Positions 29,954 to 40,646 of a stretch of 64,000 nt of DNA are shown here, one piece after another; position 1 is the stretch's first letter; the number at the start of each line of letters is the position of its first letter. The notes beneath the pieces are model-generated. The model had not been told where the DNA came from. It saw only the letters and a list, made by a program, of their open reading frames with translations, and did no database searches. The stretch is from NCBI GenBank assembly GCA_000092065.1, contig CP000581.1. One strand, 5' to 3'. This DNA is from Ostreococcus lucimarinus (taxonomy: Eukaryota). Position numbers and translations under genes: made by a program.

Positions 29954-31432
29954 ATGCGCGCGTCCGCGCGTCGCGCGCTCTCCACCGCGCGCCCCGCGCG
30001 CGCGTCCGACGTCTCGCTCGACCTCCCGCGCGTCGTCGCGGGCCAACCGACGCGCGCGACGCACCCGCACGTCATCGCGTCCGCCGCCGACCTCACGCCC
30101 GGCGTCTCGCGCGCCGAGTACGCCGCGCGCCGCGCCGCGCTCGCGCGCGCGATGCCGCCGCACAGCGCGGCCATCTTCGCCGCCGCGCCGGCGCTGCGAT
30201 GGCCCGGCACGGCGATCCCGGCGGGGAAGTACAGGCAAGACGCCGATTTCGCGTACTACACGGGGGTGACGCAGCCGGACTGCGTCGCCGTCGTCGAGCG
30301 AGGACGAACGGAGGACGACGTGCGGTACGCGCTGATCGTGCCGAAACGATGCGAACGACACGCGCAGTGGGACGGCGAGCGCATCGACGCGCGAGCGGGG
30401 GAGACGGTGTTCGGCGCGGACGCGGCGTACGAGGCGGACGAGCGAGCGGCGGCGTACGCGACGGAAGCGGTGAGAAACGCGCGAGGAGGGGTGTTCGTGG
30501 ACTTGGATAAGGTGGATGAGGACGCGAGCGTCGTGCACAGGGCTTTGGGGGCGCGCGCGCGCGGAGGCGGGGGAGGAGACGGGGTTCGACCGGTGCGCGG
30601 GATGTCGCACCGGTTGCGGTGGCGCAAGAGCGACGCCGAATTGGCGTTGATAAAAAACAGTGTAGATTTAGACGTACAGGCGTTCGTGAAAGCGTTTCAG
30701 ACGAGTCGCGCGGGAGCGACCGAGGCAGACGTCATGGCGCAGCACGAGGCGGCGTGTAGAATCGGTGGCGCCGACCGTTTGGCGTATCCATCCGTCGTGG
30801 GTTCGGGCGCGGGCGCGTGCGTCGTGCACTACCATCAGAACGATAAAATGCTCGAGGATGGAGATTTACTGTTAATGGACGCGGGATGCGAGCTCAACGG
30901 TTACGTGAGCGACATCACGCGCACTTGGCCCATAAGCGGGCGGTGGACGCAGGCGCAGCTCGACGTGTACTCGGTCGTCCTCGAGGCGCACGACGCGTGT
31001 CTGCGCGCCGCGCGCGTGGACGGCGAGACCTCACTCATGGATATCCATCGGCTCTCCATCGACGTTCTCGCCAACGGTCTCGCCAAGCTCTTACCCAATA
31101 CCTCCGCCCGCGCGCTGATTCGCTCGGGCGAGTACGCCAAATATTACCCCCACTCCGTCGGTCACTGGTTCGGCGCCGACACCCACGACGTCCCATCCGT
31201 CGCCGTGTCCACCCCGTTCGAGCGCAACGTCGCCTTCACCATCGAACCAGGTTTATATTTCTCCCCCCACGACCTCGACGTCCCCGCCGATCTCCGCGGA
31301 ATCGGCGTTCGCATCGAAGACGACTGCGTCGTCGACGCGAACGGTGCCGTCGTCGCTCTCAGCGCCGCGCTCCCCACCGATCCCGACGCCGTCGCCGCGC
31401 TCGCTTCTTCCACGTTTTTCCGCCCCGTGTAA
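29954..31432 (+). CDS. Xaa-Pro aminopeptidase (M24B, APP/XPNPEP3-like) with organelle presequence
   Basis: AMP_N-like N-domain, then the M24 metal-ligand motifs (DAGCELNGYVSDITRTWP, HSVGHWFG.D.HD, TIEPGLY, RIED). Start is the in-frame ATG at 29954 (MRASARRALSTARP). Upstream, the ORF runs antisense to the carrier gene. Confidence 0.8.
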   Translation: MRASARRALSTARPARASDVSLDLPRVVAGQPTRATHPHVIASAADLTPGVSRAEYAARRAALARAMPPHSAAIFAAAPALRWPGTAIPAGKYRQDADFAYYTGVTQPDCVAVVERGRTEDDVRYALIVPKRCERHAQWDGERIDARAGETVFGADAAYEADERAAAYATEAVRNARGGVFVDLDKVDEDASVVHRALGARARGGGGGDGVRPVRGMSHRLRWRKSDAELALIKNSVDLDVQAFVKAFQTSRAGATEADVMAQHEAACRIGGADRLAYPSVVGSGAGACVVHYHQNDKMLEDGDLLLMDAGCELNGYVSDITRTWPISGRWTQAQLDVYSVVLEAHDACLRAARVDGETSLMDIHRLSIDVLANGLAKLLPNTSARALIRSGEYAKYYPHSVGHWFGADTHDVPSVAVSTPFERNVAFTIEPGLYFSPHDLDVPADLRGIGVRIEDDCVVDANGAVVALSAALPTDPDAVAALASSTFFRPV

Positions 31433-32732
31433 TTCGTAAGGACGCGGCGCTTCCGAAGCGGCGCGCCGCGAAACCGCCACTTGGCACCAAAGTAATTTAA
31501 ATCATAACCCACGCCGGACTGAATGCCCAGTGCGTACAGCTGGCACCGCGCCTCTTTAAATACGCACACGCCCGATTTTCATAGCTTTCCGAGCTTTCGG
31601 AACGCCGCGCCCGCCATCGCGCCATCTCACGACGCGTCGCATCCACGCGACGACGCGCGCTGAGAGTTCGCGCTCGCGCTCACGCACACGATCGATTCTT
31701 TCGCACCGATCGCGCCGCAGCACGACGAACGAACGCACCGATCGCCGTGGGAAGACGCTTCGAATCGCGACGCGCGCCGTTTCTCAGTCACCCTCACGCG
31801 TGCGATGCGCGTCGAACGATGGTGAGCCTGAACGCGCGACGGAACGAACGATCGAGCAGCAATAAAGCGTCAGAGATTATCAACGGATTTCTCTCTTCCC
31901 CGGTGCGAGTGTTTTATTCCATTCTCTTCATCTGCGCGCTCGAGGTGCGCGATTTCGTCGACGCGATGCGGCGCGCGCGGAATCATCGCGAAGGCGCGTG
32001 TCGCGGCGCGATCGACCGGGCTCGACGCGAGACTGACGACGCGCGCGCGTGCGATCGGTGATTACGAAGGTTTTACTCTGGTCCGTGGTTCTCGTGCCCG
32101 GGCGAACGTCGGGGGCGTGGAACGACGCGGCGAGAGCGTACTACACGCGCGAGACGGTGCGTCAACGTTCGACGCGTTTGGCGCGCGATTTGACTTGACT
32201 CGATTCGACGACGCGCGGTTGACTTTGAGGCGACTTTTGAGCGTTACGAGGCGATGGAGCGATGGAGACGGAAGCGCGCGCGATGGAACGCGATGGATCG
32301 ACACTGACGGGCGCGAACGCGGGATTTTGAACGCACAGGTGAACTTGTCGAGCGCGTACGGAGCGAGCGTGCGCGTGCCCATTCCGGCGATAGACTTGAG
32401 GAGTCTAGCGCTCGCGTGGAGACAAGAGAGTTCTTGGCAACAGAAAGCGTTGTCGGTTGTATCTACTGCGCTATTACCCAGTAAAGCGCAGCAGACGAAA
32501 CAATCGCTACAGGCACGTCTTAGACATCTAGACGAGCAGCTTTTGATCGGCGGAACGGCCGAGTCGGGGGCGAGCGAAGCGGCTGCCGCGAACGCAAAGG
32601 TTTTTTCTCTCTCCTTTTAGAGAGTGTATTCTTTGTGTATCGCTATATTGCTTTCGCTAGTCATTGACTCTAGTTTCTACAAGACAAGAACTCTTTCGTT
32701 CGTTCACGCGAACGACGAGAAATAAAACAACC

Positions 32733-33998
32733 ATGGGGAAGAAGGAAGTGTCCGCGACGACGCTGCTCGGTAGACGTGGACGGTTGACGAGACCTCGGCG
32801 ACATGGAGAGGAATATGTCGAGGTTTCTATGGCAACCGCAGCGCAATCAAGCGCATTAAAGGACATCGGACGATTTGTCCCAGTGAAGGATATCATCGCC
32901 GGTGGTTTGGCTCGAGCGGCGAGCCAAAGTACGATTCATCCTTTGGACACCGTCAAGGTGCGCATGCAAGCCACGCTCAAGGGCGTCGCCGGCGCCGCGG
33001 CGCCGACGCCTCCGAGCGTTGGTAAGTACGGAGTCGGCCTGAGTGCGGTCTCCAACGGCGCGGTCAGCCTCGGGAAGAGGTCGTTGGCGTCAGCGGCCAA
33101 GGCTGGGGCTACCAAGTTTACTTCTGAAGTAGGCATGATGTACAAGGGATGTTTCGGCGCCGCTACGGGTGCGGGCATCGCCATCGGCGCATACTTTGCA
33201 TTTTACGGCACGGCGAAGAAGCTGCTCCAAGAGAAATCCGACATGCCAGTGTCGCAGATTGCGTTTGTGGCGGGTGGTATCGGTGCCCTTGGATCTTCCA
33301 TCGTCAAGGTACCCGCCGCTGTGTGCATTCGCTCGGTACAAGCCGGTGTGTACCCGAACGTCATCGCCGCCGGCCGCAGAATCACCGCGGCCGCCGGTCC
33401 CCGGGGTTTGTTCACCGGTTACATTCCAACGCTCCTTGAAGACGTGCCCGACATGGCCGTCAAGTTTGCAGCGTATGAGACTCTTCGAACGATGCATCGC
33501 TCGTTCATGAAGAAGAGCAAGGATGAAAGTAGCACGGGTGCGGACATCGTGATGGGTCTCATCGCGGGTTCCGTCGCCGCTGCCGCGACTACTCCTTTGG
33601 ATGTGGTGAAAACCCGGATGATGTGCAATGCCTCATCTCGACCCAGCTTCGGTGGCGCCATCATGGGCGTTTGGAAGGACTCGCCTCCGGGCGTCGGTCG
33701 CGTCCGAACGTTCTTCACCGGCGTTCGCCCGCGAGCAGTCTCCAACGGTATTAACTCCGCCATCTTCTTCTGCTTCTACGAAGCTCTCCGCTCCGGTTTG
33801 GTCAAGGCCGAAACCGAACGCGAACAACAGCGTCTGCAGGAGATCAACGCGTCGAATGCGGCGATGAAGAATTCCCGCCGCGCTTACAGCGGCGTTTCTG
33901 TTGACGCCGTTCATTACTCCACGCCGTCTCATGTGGGACGCGTTACGGAGGCGAGCATGACGCTCGCGCTCGCCAAGAAAAATAGAAAGAATGCCTAA
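32733..33998 (+). CDS. Mitochondrial carrier family protein
   Basis: PLDTVKVRMQ, PAAVCIRSVQ and PLDVVKTRMM repeats. The ATG at 32733 (aacaaccATGG) follows an AT-richer leader. Confidence 0.75.
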   Translation: MGKKEVSATTLLGRRGRLTRPRRHGEEYVEVSMATAAQSSALKDIGRFVPVKDIIAGGLARAASQSTIHPLDTVKVRMQATLKGVAGAAAPTPPSVGKYGVGLSAVSNGAVSLGKRSLASAAKAGATKFTSEVGMMYKGCFGAATGAGIAIGAYFAFYGTAKKLLQEKSDMPVSQIAFVAGGIGALGSSIVKVPAAVCIRSVQAGVYPNVIAAGRRITAAAGPRGLFTGYIPTLLEDVPDMAVKFAAYETLRTMHRSFMKKSKDESSTGADIVMGLIAGSVAAAATTPLDVVKTRMMCNASSRPSFGGAIMGVWKDSPPGVGRVRTFFTGVRPRAVSNGINSAIFFCFYEALRSGLVKAETEREQQRLQEINASNAAMKNSRRAYSGVSVDAVHYSTPSHVGRVTEASMTLALAKKNRKNA

Positions 33999-34206
33999 GT
34001 ACGGTTGGCATGCTTTCTCGACCAGTTTTGTCTTGTGAATAAAAATTGAAGAGCTCTTCATGAAATGTTTTTCGTTTGATCCTTCTGCTCGACGCGCGGC
34101 GAGCCACTCGTTGTTATAAAGTTCTCGTTTCGATAATTGACAAACTAAGATGGACTACTATCGGGCGCGTCACTCATGGGATATGAACGCGACGTTCATT
34201 GCGTTT

Positions 34207-34941
34207 TCACTTGATCGGCGCATCTTGCGTCGAGTTGGCGAGCGACAAAGCCTCGGCGTGCTGGCGCGCCATGGAGGCTCGCGTGGCGTCGACGTAGTTT
34301 AAGATTTTCAATCTTGGGCCAGGAGGAATCCGCACTTCTTGCAACGCGCTGTCGTTCAGCAACAACAGCGTGTCATCCGTCAACAGCCCTTTCCGAAAGT
34401 TCTTTTCATACTTTTCCAACCCGAGCGTCGCGAGCATGTTATTCGCGTGCGCGTAGTAGTGATCCTGCGCCGCGTCCTTCCCGCTAAACATTTGTCCAAC
34501 CTTCATGAACGCCCCATTCAACAGCGCAAATAACGCACCGGTGCGCACCGCATCCGTCGCCACGCCAGCCGCGTCCTTCGGCGCTTCCCCGCCCATCGCC
34601 CCCGTGGACGACCCCGTCGCCGCGCCGACGAGGCTCAACGCGCTCCCCGCGCCGAACATCGCCATCATGGAGCCTTGAATATCCTCCACGCCGCCGCGGT
34701 ACTTTTTAATCGCCAGCGTCAATCCACCCTGCACCGCGGAGAACACCGCCAAGTTCAACGCGAGCACCTTGGGCGGTCCACTAAACGATCCTTGCGCCGC
34801 CATCGGGGGTTTATTCGGCATCGTCGCCGCCTGCGCCTCGAGCGACTTGTTCATCATCCCCAAGCCGTAGCCCAGCACCGAGCCTTGCAGCGCACCGCCC
34901 GCGGCCGTGATCCCGACCTCGACCTGCGCGCGAGTTCGCAT
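34207..34941 (-). CDS. Tim17/Tim22/Tim23/OEP16-family membrane protein with C-terminal SAM domain (HP30-like)
   Basis: The N-terminal Gly-rich 4-TM PRAT-like region (GYGLGMMN...G.......G..) is followed by a SAM-like fold (MLATLGLEKYEKNFRKGLLTDDTLLLLNDSALQEVRIPPGPRLKIL). ATG verified. Confidence 0.55.
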   Translation of the reverse strand: MRTRAQVEVGITAAGGALQGSVLGYGLGMMNKSLEAQAATMPNKPPMAAQGSFSGPPKVLALNLAVFSAVQGGLTLAIKKYRGGVEDIQGSMMAMFGAGSALSLVGAATGSSTGAMGGEAPKDAAGVATDAVRTGALFALLNGAFMKVGQMFSGKDAAQDHYYAHANNMLATLGLEKYEKNFRKGLLTDDTLLLLNDSALQEVRIPPGPRLKILNYVDATRASMARQHAEALSLANSTQDAPIK

Positions 34942-35313
34942 CGTCGCATCTTTCGTCAGTTTACGCCCGCATCGCGTCGCGTCGTCGCCTCATCGCGTCA
35001 TCGCGCGTCGCTTTCTCGACGGCGGCGATCCAATCATCGTTCGACAATCATCATCGCGCGCCGTCGACGCGCGCGTCGCGTCGCGCGCACCGGGTCGGAC
35101 TGCGCCTTGAGCCACGCGTCGAAGCTCTCTTTCTTCGCCGCGAGCGTCTTGCCGAGGTCGCTCATCGCGCGCGTCGTCGGACCCGCGCGCGCGCGAGTGT
35201 GCGGCGATCGTCCCGAGCCGCCGGCGCCGTCCAGAGGGCCGCGCCGCGACGCGGCGGTTTCGTCGTTAATGTTACACCCCGCGCGCGAGGAAACGCGGCG
35301 CGGGCGCGAAAAG

Positions 35314-35835
35314 CTACTCGCGCGTCGAAATGGCTTTTTTACGTCGCTTCTTCGCGCGGCGACCGTCGTCGTCGTCGCGCGTCGCGCCCCGGACGCGCGG
35401 CGCGGCGTCCGCCTCGGCTTCGGCTTTGGCTTCGGCGCGCGCCGCGCGCTCGCGTTTCAATCGTTTACGCTCGGCTTTGCTCATGTGCCGCTTCTCGGGC
35501 GCGAGCGCGTCGGTCGGGTGCGCTCGAGCGCGCGACGCGCGTTCGACCGCTTTTTGCGCGACGAGCGCGGCGCGACCGCTCGAGGACGCGTCGGCGTTCG
35601 CCGTCGCGCGCGGCGTCGACTCGGGCGCGCGCGAGAGCGCGCGCGCGTCGGGCCGCTTCGTCGCCCCGAGCAGGGATTCCGCGGTCATCGTCGCGCGGAG
35701 ATGTTCGAGGAGTTCTTTCTCTCGCGCGTCGACCGCTCTGGGCGCGCGCAGGCGCTCGGCCTCGGCTTCCTGACGCTCGAGCGCGGCGCGGTTGGCGGCC
35801 GCGACGGCGATTCCGGAATACTTGGCCGTGCTCAT
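35314..35835 (-). CDS. Hypothetical small basic protein (KKRRKK nuclear-localisation-like C-terminus)
   Basis: 173 aa with ATG verified. Codon third positions are G/C-biased like neighbouring genes. There is a charged helix and a basic tail (KRERAARAEAKAEAE...RRAKKRRKK). No family recognised. Confidence 0.35.
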   Translation of the reverse strand: MSTAKYSGIAVAAANRAALERQEAEAERLRAPRAVDAREKELLEHLRATMTAESLLGATKRPDARALSRAPESTPRATANADASSSGRAALVAQKAVERASRARAHPTDALAPEKRHMSKAERKRLKRERAARAEAKAEAEADAAPRVRGATRDDDDGRRAKKRRKKAISTRE

Positions 35836-36022
35836 GGCGCGCGCGCGACGACGCGCGCGCTTGGTGGACGCGCCTGGTGGACCGGACGCGCGCGCGGCGG
35901 AGTGGCGCGCGGCGGCGTGGAGTGCGCGAGTCGAGCGCGGCGCGAGGGCGAGTCGTCGTCGTCGCCGCTCGGCGATGGATTTACAAAGGCGCGCGATGCG
36001 CGCGACGGTGCGCTATGAGGGT

Positions 36023-38839
36023 CTAAAAGTTCCAATAGTAATTCTTTCCGGAGGATTGCCTGTTGACGCGAGGCTTTGAACGGCGGGAATTCGGGGACAT
36101 CCACGGCGCGTCTTGGCCGAATTGGAAATCGTTCGGCGTCGGCGCGGACCAGGTGTTTGATCTCGTGAAGGAGCGTTCGTAGCTCGCGTGTCGCTCTCGT
36201 TGGGCGCGAATGCGTTCAGTTTCGTCGTACACGCGACGAAGTGCCTGGTCGCTCAACTGCGCGTTGGTTTCGCCGATGAGCTTGAAGAGACGGTCGGCGT
36301 CGTCGTGAAGTTCAGACGCCGGAGCCCACGACGGCATGTTCCGATTCGCCTTGTCTGGGTGATACTTCAGCGCCAACGCGCGATACGCCTTCTTAATATC
36401 CGTTTGCGTCGCCTTGTCTTTCAGCTCATCCAAACCGAGGATTCGATACATGTCAACCTGCGAGTTCGCCTGCGTGGTTTTGGTCGTTTCGAGCCTTCGA
36501 AGGCGATCCGTCGCCATCGCCAGAGCGTTTTTGCGCTCCTGAGCCGTGGCGAATAAGTCATATTGCGCGTTTCCGGCGATTTCGACGTACGAACGCAAGT
36601 CTCGGATCGCATCGTCCCAGCATCGAATGCTCTCGTGCAACGTCGCGCGTCTGCTCAGCGCCTTGATGTTCCAAGGATTTAACGCCAACGCTCTGCCGCA
36701 ATCGGCCAAGGCGTTGAGAAACTCGTTCAAACCTTGATACGCGGCGGCACGATTACCGAGCACGATTGAACAATACGCGGCGGCAACTGGCACCTTACCC
36801 GCGTCGAACGCGAGAGTGTAAGATGCGACGGCTTCGGCGTATTTCTCCGCGTTGAACATCTTATTGCCGTCCTCTTTACCTTTGAGCATCGTTCGCGCCA
36901 TTTCGATTGCTTCCTCGTCGACGTCGCATTCCGACACGCTTTTGACGTACTCACACGCGGCATGTGGATCCCCTTTACCCAGTAGAGCTGAAAATGTGAA
37001 CTCGGGCACCCAACCTTCCTTGGATAGGCCGAGCGTTTCGATTTCCGAGATGAAAGCGCTCGCCTCGTGGTACGCGCCGCACGCGATTAGCAGTGCCGCC
37101 TTGGCTTCGACGAACGGCTTCCCAAACTCACTCGATGAAAGCAGCGGATAACTCGACAACGCCGCGACGCTCTTGACGACTGATTCGTACGTCTCATCGA
37201 GCTTTCGCGCGCGACTGTCGCTGTAAAGCCTAGGAAGACCAGGCACACACGCTCGAAGTTTGAGCGAAGCGCCGAGCACCTTCGACAAATGTTCGGAAGC
37301 GGCTTTCGCTTCAATCTTCGCATTCTCGACATCAGCGTCCTCAGACGTCGAAAGCACCTCCAGAAAATCCATCGCGGTACCAAAGCTACCTAATTTCATG
37401 TGACACGCGGCCACGCGAAGTTGAGCACGAGTGTACGACGCATCCGCGCGAACGGCTCGCTCGCAATCGGTGAGCGCTTTGAGTATAAGAACGCGATACT
37501 CATCGTACGGCGTAGACTCGTTCGGAATCATCATCCTCGCCGCCGCTCTGTTGGTCAGTAATACTGCCGCGTCGCGACCGACAAAGGTGTCGATTTGCAC
37601 CCCCAGAGGGCTCTCGTCGCCCTTACCGGCGTTGGTTCGAGGCGCAGAGGCGAACACCATAATCGCTCTGCTATACATCTCGTCCGCTTCAACGTACTTC
37701 TCCTCGCGGTACAGCGCGTTACCTAATTGCCTGAGCCTTTCAGTCTCTTCGGAATCGCGTGAGTGAAGCGACATCTGCGATGCGGCTTGCTCGATATCCC
37801 CGACACTCACGCTCGGGCTCTCCGTCGCCGCGGCGATCGGCGGGCGTCTGTCCCGTCCGGCGCGTTGCGCGTACTTGAAACTTCGGCTGTGCTTGGCGAG
37901 CGCGGGAGAGTCATCCGCGCCCATCTTAAAATCGCCGCTCGACTTTTCCGCAGATCGCGTCGCTCGCACCGTCGGGGTCGTTTTCGTCGGCGGTGGTGCG
38001 GTGAACGTAAACTGCCTCGGCGTCGGCGCCTCAAAAATTGGCGATTGCGGTGACGTACCGAACACGCTCGCGTCACTCTTCGTCGACGCCGGCGTCTCCA
38101 CGCGTTCTACCGCGGCCTCCACGCGTAACGCACTCGCTCTACTTCTAAACGACGCGCTCTTCTTTGTTCCACTCGTCGAAGCGGCGCCCATGGTGAACGT
38201 CCTCGGCGGCGTAAACCGCGCGCCTTCGCTCGCCTCTGAATCATTCGGTGAATCCACCACCATAGGTTCCGGCGACGTCATCGGATCCGGTGACCGCGCC
38301 GGTTCCGACGCCGTATCCTTTTCAAACTCCGCGTCCAACGATCTCGCCGCTCGCGGCGCCCCCGAGTCCTCTCGCGTCAAATTTTGCTGGCTCGCGCTCC
38401 GCGCGCGCCCCGGACTCTTCTCCGGCATCGCCCGCAGCTCGAACGTCTTCACCGGGCTCTCCCGCCCCGACGACGTCGCCTCTCGTTCCAACTTCTCCGC
38501 GAACGCCCCCCAAGTCGCGCGTTCATCGCCCCCTCCGCGCTCGCTCCTCGCCGCGCTCGCCCTCGGCGTCCTCGCCGCGCCGTTCGCGCGCGCGCGAAAA
38601 CTCCGTCCCCTCTCCACCCGCGCCCGACCCGCGTCGCCCGCGCCGAGATTAAACCGCGTGAACCCATCCTCGACGTCTTTCACCGCGTCTCGCCCGCTCG
38701 TCGCCGCGCCGTCGCGCTCGGGCGCCGCGTTTTCGTCCGTCGTCGTCCCGCGGCTGGCGCTGCTTCCCCTCTCGCGTTCGTCCGTCCCTCGCGCGCGCGC
38801 GTCGACGTCTCGCGCGGGCGCGTCGCGCGGCGCGGACAT
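36023..38839 (-). CDS. TPR-repeat plus C-terminal J-domain co-chaperone (DNAJC7/TPR2-like) with long disordered N-terminus
   Basis: J domain: DMYRILGLDELKDKATQTDIKKAYRALALKYHPDKA. It is preceded by several TPR-like repeats. The first true ATG is at 38837-38839; the ORF-tool start at 38971 is a TTG codon. The N-terminal 400 aa are Ser/Ala/Arg-rich. Confidence 0.7.
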   Translation of the reverse strand: MSAPRDAPARDVDARARGTDERERGSSASRGTTTDENAAPERDGAATSGRDAVKDVEDGFTRFNLGAGDAGRARVERGRSFRARANGAARTPRASAARSERGGGDERATWGAFAEKLEREATSSGRESPVKTFELRAMPEKSPGRARSASQQNLTREDSGAPRAARSLDAEFEKDTASEPARSPDPMTSPEPMVVDSPNDSEASEGARFTPPRTFTMGAASTSGTKKSASFRSRASALRVEAAVERVETPASTKSDASVFGTSPQSPIFEAPTPRQFTFTAPPPTKTTPTVRATRSAEKSSGDFKMGADDSPALAKHSRSFKYAQRAGRDRRPPIAAATESPSVSVGDIEQAASQMSLHSRDSEETERLRQLGNALYREEKYVEADEMYSRAIMVFASAPRTNAGKGDESPLGVQIDTFVGRDAAVLLTNRAAARMMIPNESTPYDEYRVLILKALTDCERAVRADASYTRAQLRVAACHMKLGSFGTAMDFLEVLSTSEDADVENAKIEAKAASEHLSKVLGASLKLRACVPGLPRLYSDSRARKLDETYESVVKSVAALSSYPLLSSSEFGKPFVEAKAALLIACGAYHEASAFISEIETLGLSKEGWVPEFTFSALLGKGDPHAACEYVKSVSECDVDEEAIEMARTMLKGKEDGNKMFNAEKYAEAVASYTLAFDAGKVPVAAAYCSIVLGNRAAAYQGLNEFLNALADCGRALALNPWNIKALSRRATLHESIRCWDDAIRDLRSYVEIAGNAQYDLFATAQERKNALAMATDRLRRLETTKTTQANSQVDMYRILGLDELKDKATQTDIKKAYRALALKYHPDKANRNMPSWAPASELHDDADRLFKLIGETNAQLSDQALRRVYDETERIRAQRERHASYERSFTRSNTWSAPTPNDFQFGQDAPWMSPNSRRSKPRVNRQSSGKNYYWNF

Positions 38840-39197
38840 GGCGCGACGCCGCACCGTCGACGCGCGTCGCGCGCGCGCTCGGCGCGCGTCGCGGTGTTGT
38901 GCGGACCCGCGGGCGCGCAGCGGCGCCGTAACGGCGCGAGCGCGCTGCGCCGCCGCGATAACCGCATTCAATAGTAGCGCCCGCGCCCGCGCGTCTTCGA
39001 GAGCGCGCGACGACGAGGTCGTTCATTCATTCGTTGATTATCACAGTGATCGCGCGATGTGGTGCTACATAGGTCGTGAAGCGAACGAGCGCGGATTCCG
39101 CCGCGGCTTCGTTCGCACAACCGTCTCGAATCATGAACGCTCTTCGCGTCATGTTCGATTCGGTGGATACAATCGACAGATTCGATCGGCGCGGTGA

Positions 39198-40145
39198 TCA
39201 AAGATCCATAATCACGAGGCGACCGAGGGAGTCCTTCGCGAATCCCATGCCCGAGGGCATGAGATGCTTTTTTGTGCCGTCGAGACCGAGAAACGGTTTC
39301 GTCGCCGACGGCGGCAACAGCGCAAAAAACGGCGTCGATTTCAGCTGCTCCTGACGGCGCGCGTGATCGATCTCGAGAGCCTGGCGCTTGTTCGACTTTG
39401 GTCGCTTCTCGAAGATTCGCATCTTTTCGCAGAAGCGCGCAAGAGGGTCGTAACAGTCCATCTGGTCGCCACCGAACTCGCCCCCCTTGGCCAAAAATCG
39501 ATTCACCGGCGCACCCGGCTGAACCCCCGTGGCGCACTCCGCCGCTCTCGCGAGTTCGACGCTTGAGAATTTATACCGTCGATTCAAATCACTGATTTCC
39601 TTTCTAACCTCACCCGGCGTGAGCCAGGTCTCGCCGTCGATCTCCACGTCCGAGACGTCTGGCAGCTTCCCGCGCGAGTTCGCCTTCGCGTTCGCCGCGC
39701 CGCACGAATCTCTCGCCGGAATCACCGCGCTGTTCGGCAGCCCTCCGACGTGTCGATTCATCGTCGACGCCAACGGCGATCGCGCCGAAATCCCACTCGA
39801 GCCCGCGCCCGCGTCTCGCGCCCGCAGCGTCGCCCCGACGCTCTGACTCTTCATCTTCTTCTCGCGCCAGAAAAAGTAATCCGCCGCCGCGTACGTCCCG
39901 TTTTCCATCGCGCGCCACTTATTCTTGTAATGCCCCGCCATAAACTTCCCGAACGAGTTCGAATTCACGCCCAGGAGCGCCTGAAAAGACGTCACCGAGA
40001 CGTCGAATTCCGCCAAAAACTTTCGAATCTTCGTTCGCAGCGTCGTCGGATTCGTCGCTCTCACGCCGCGCGTCTCGTCGTCGTACGCGTCCAAGAGATC
40101 GTCGTACCCCGGCGGGCGCGCGACGGCGTTTCGGTTTCGCGGCAT
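39198..40145 (-). CDS. Hypothetical protein (no family recognised)
   Basis: 315 aa from the first true ATG (40143-40145); the ORF-tool start at 40211 is TTG. Composition is balanced and not Arg-skewed (..YFFWREKK.., ..DCYDPLARFCEKMRIFEKR..). Confidence 0.4.
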   Translation of the reverse strand: MPRNRNAVARPPGYDDLLDAYDDETRGVRATNPTTLRTKIRKFLAEFDVSVTSFQALLGVNSNSFGKFMAGHYKNKWRAMENGTYAAADYFFWREKKMKSQSVGATLRARDAGAGSSGISARSPLASTMNRHVGGLPNSAVIPARDSCGAANAKANSRGKLPDVSDVEIDGETWLTPGEVRKEISDLNRRYKFSSVELARAAECATGVQPGAPVNRFLAKGGEFGGDQMDCYDPLARFCEKMRIFEKRPKSNKRQALEIDHARRQEQLKSTPFFALLPPSATKPFLGLDGTKKHLMPSGMGFAKDSLGRLVIMDL

Positions 40146-40361
40146 CGCACGTTCGCGCGAGTCGACGCGGAGTGTCGACGCGGGCGCGCGCCGTCGTCGT
40201 CGCGCGTTCAAATTTTGAAAACGGATTTAGGGTTTATGTCTAGCGCCGTCGGTCGCGCGCGTCGCGGCGCGTTAGGTCTCCCGCGGCGTTGAATGCGTCG
40301 CGACGCGCGCGCGACGCCGCGCATCGCGAGGCGGCGCCGCACACCTCGACGCCGCGCGACG

Positions 40362-40646
40362 ATGAAGTACGTCGTCGTCAGCGGTGGCGTCGTCAGCGGC
40401 CTGGGCAAGGGCGTCACCGCGTCCTCCATCGGCGTCCTGCTCAAGGCGTCCGGGCTGCGCGTCACGAGCGTGAAGATCGACCCGTACATCAACATCGACG
40501 CGGGGACGATGTCGCCGTTCGAACACGGCGAGACGTACGTGCTCGACGACGGCGGCGAGAGCGATCTCGATCTCGGGAACTACGAGCGGTTCGTGGACGT
40601 GTCGCTGACGAGAGATCACAACATCACGACCGGGAAGGTGTACCAG
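40362..40646 (+). CDS. CTPS: CTP synthase, exon 1
   Basis: [61 protein letters not shown] is a canonical CTPS N-terminus. The exon ends ..GKVYQ at the donor CAG|GTGCGC. Confidence 0.9.

Noticed and set aside
32117-32620. 167-aa plus-strand ORF in the 1.3-kb gene-poor island
   Set aside because: Its codon usage, with many A/T-ending codons, is unlike every confident gene in the window. No motif recognised. Kept only as part of the finding on that island.
38840-38971. ORF-tool starts of the DnaJ/TPR gene (38971) and the 39198-40211 gene (40211)
   Set aside because: Direct reading shows these first codons are TTG, not ATG; the tool evidently reports alternative starts as M. The first true ATGs are at 38839 and 40145. 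Likewise 9855 and 40807 are GTG codons.
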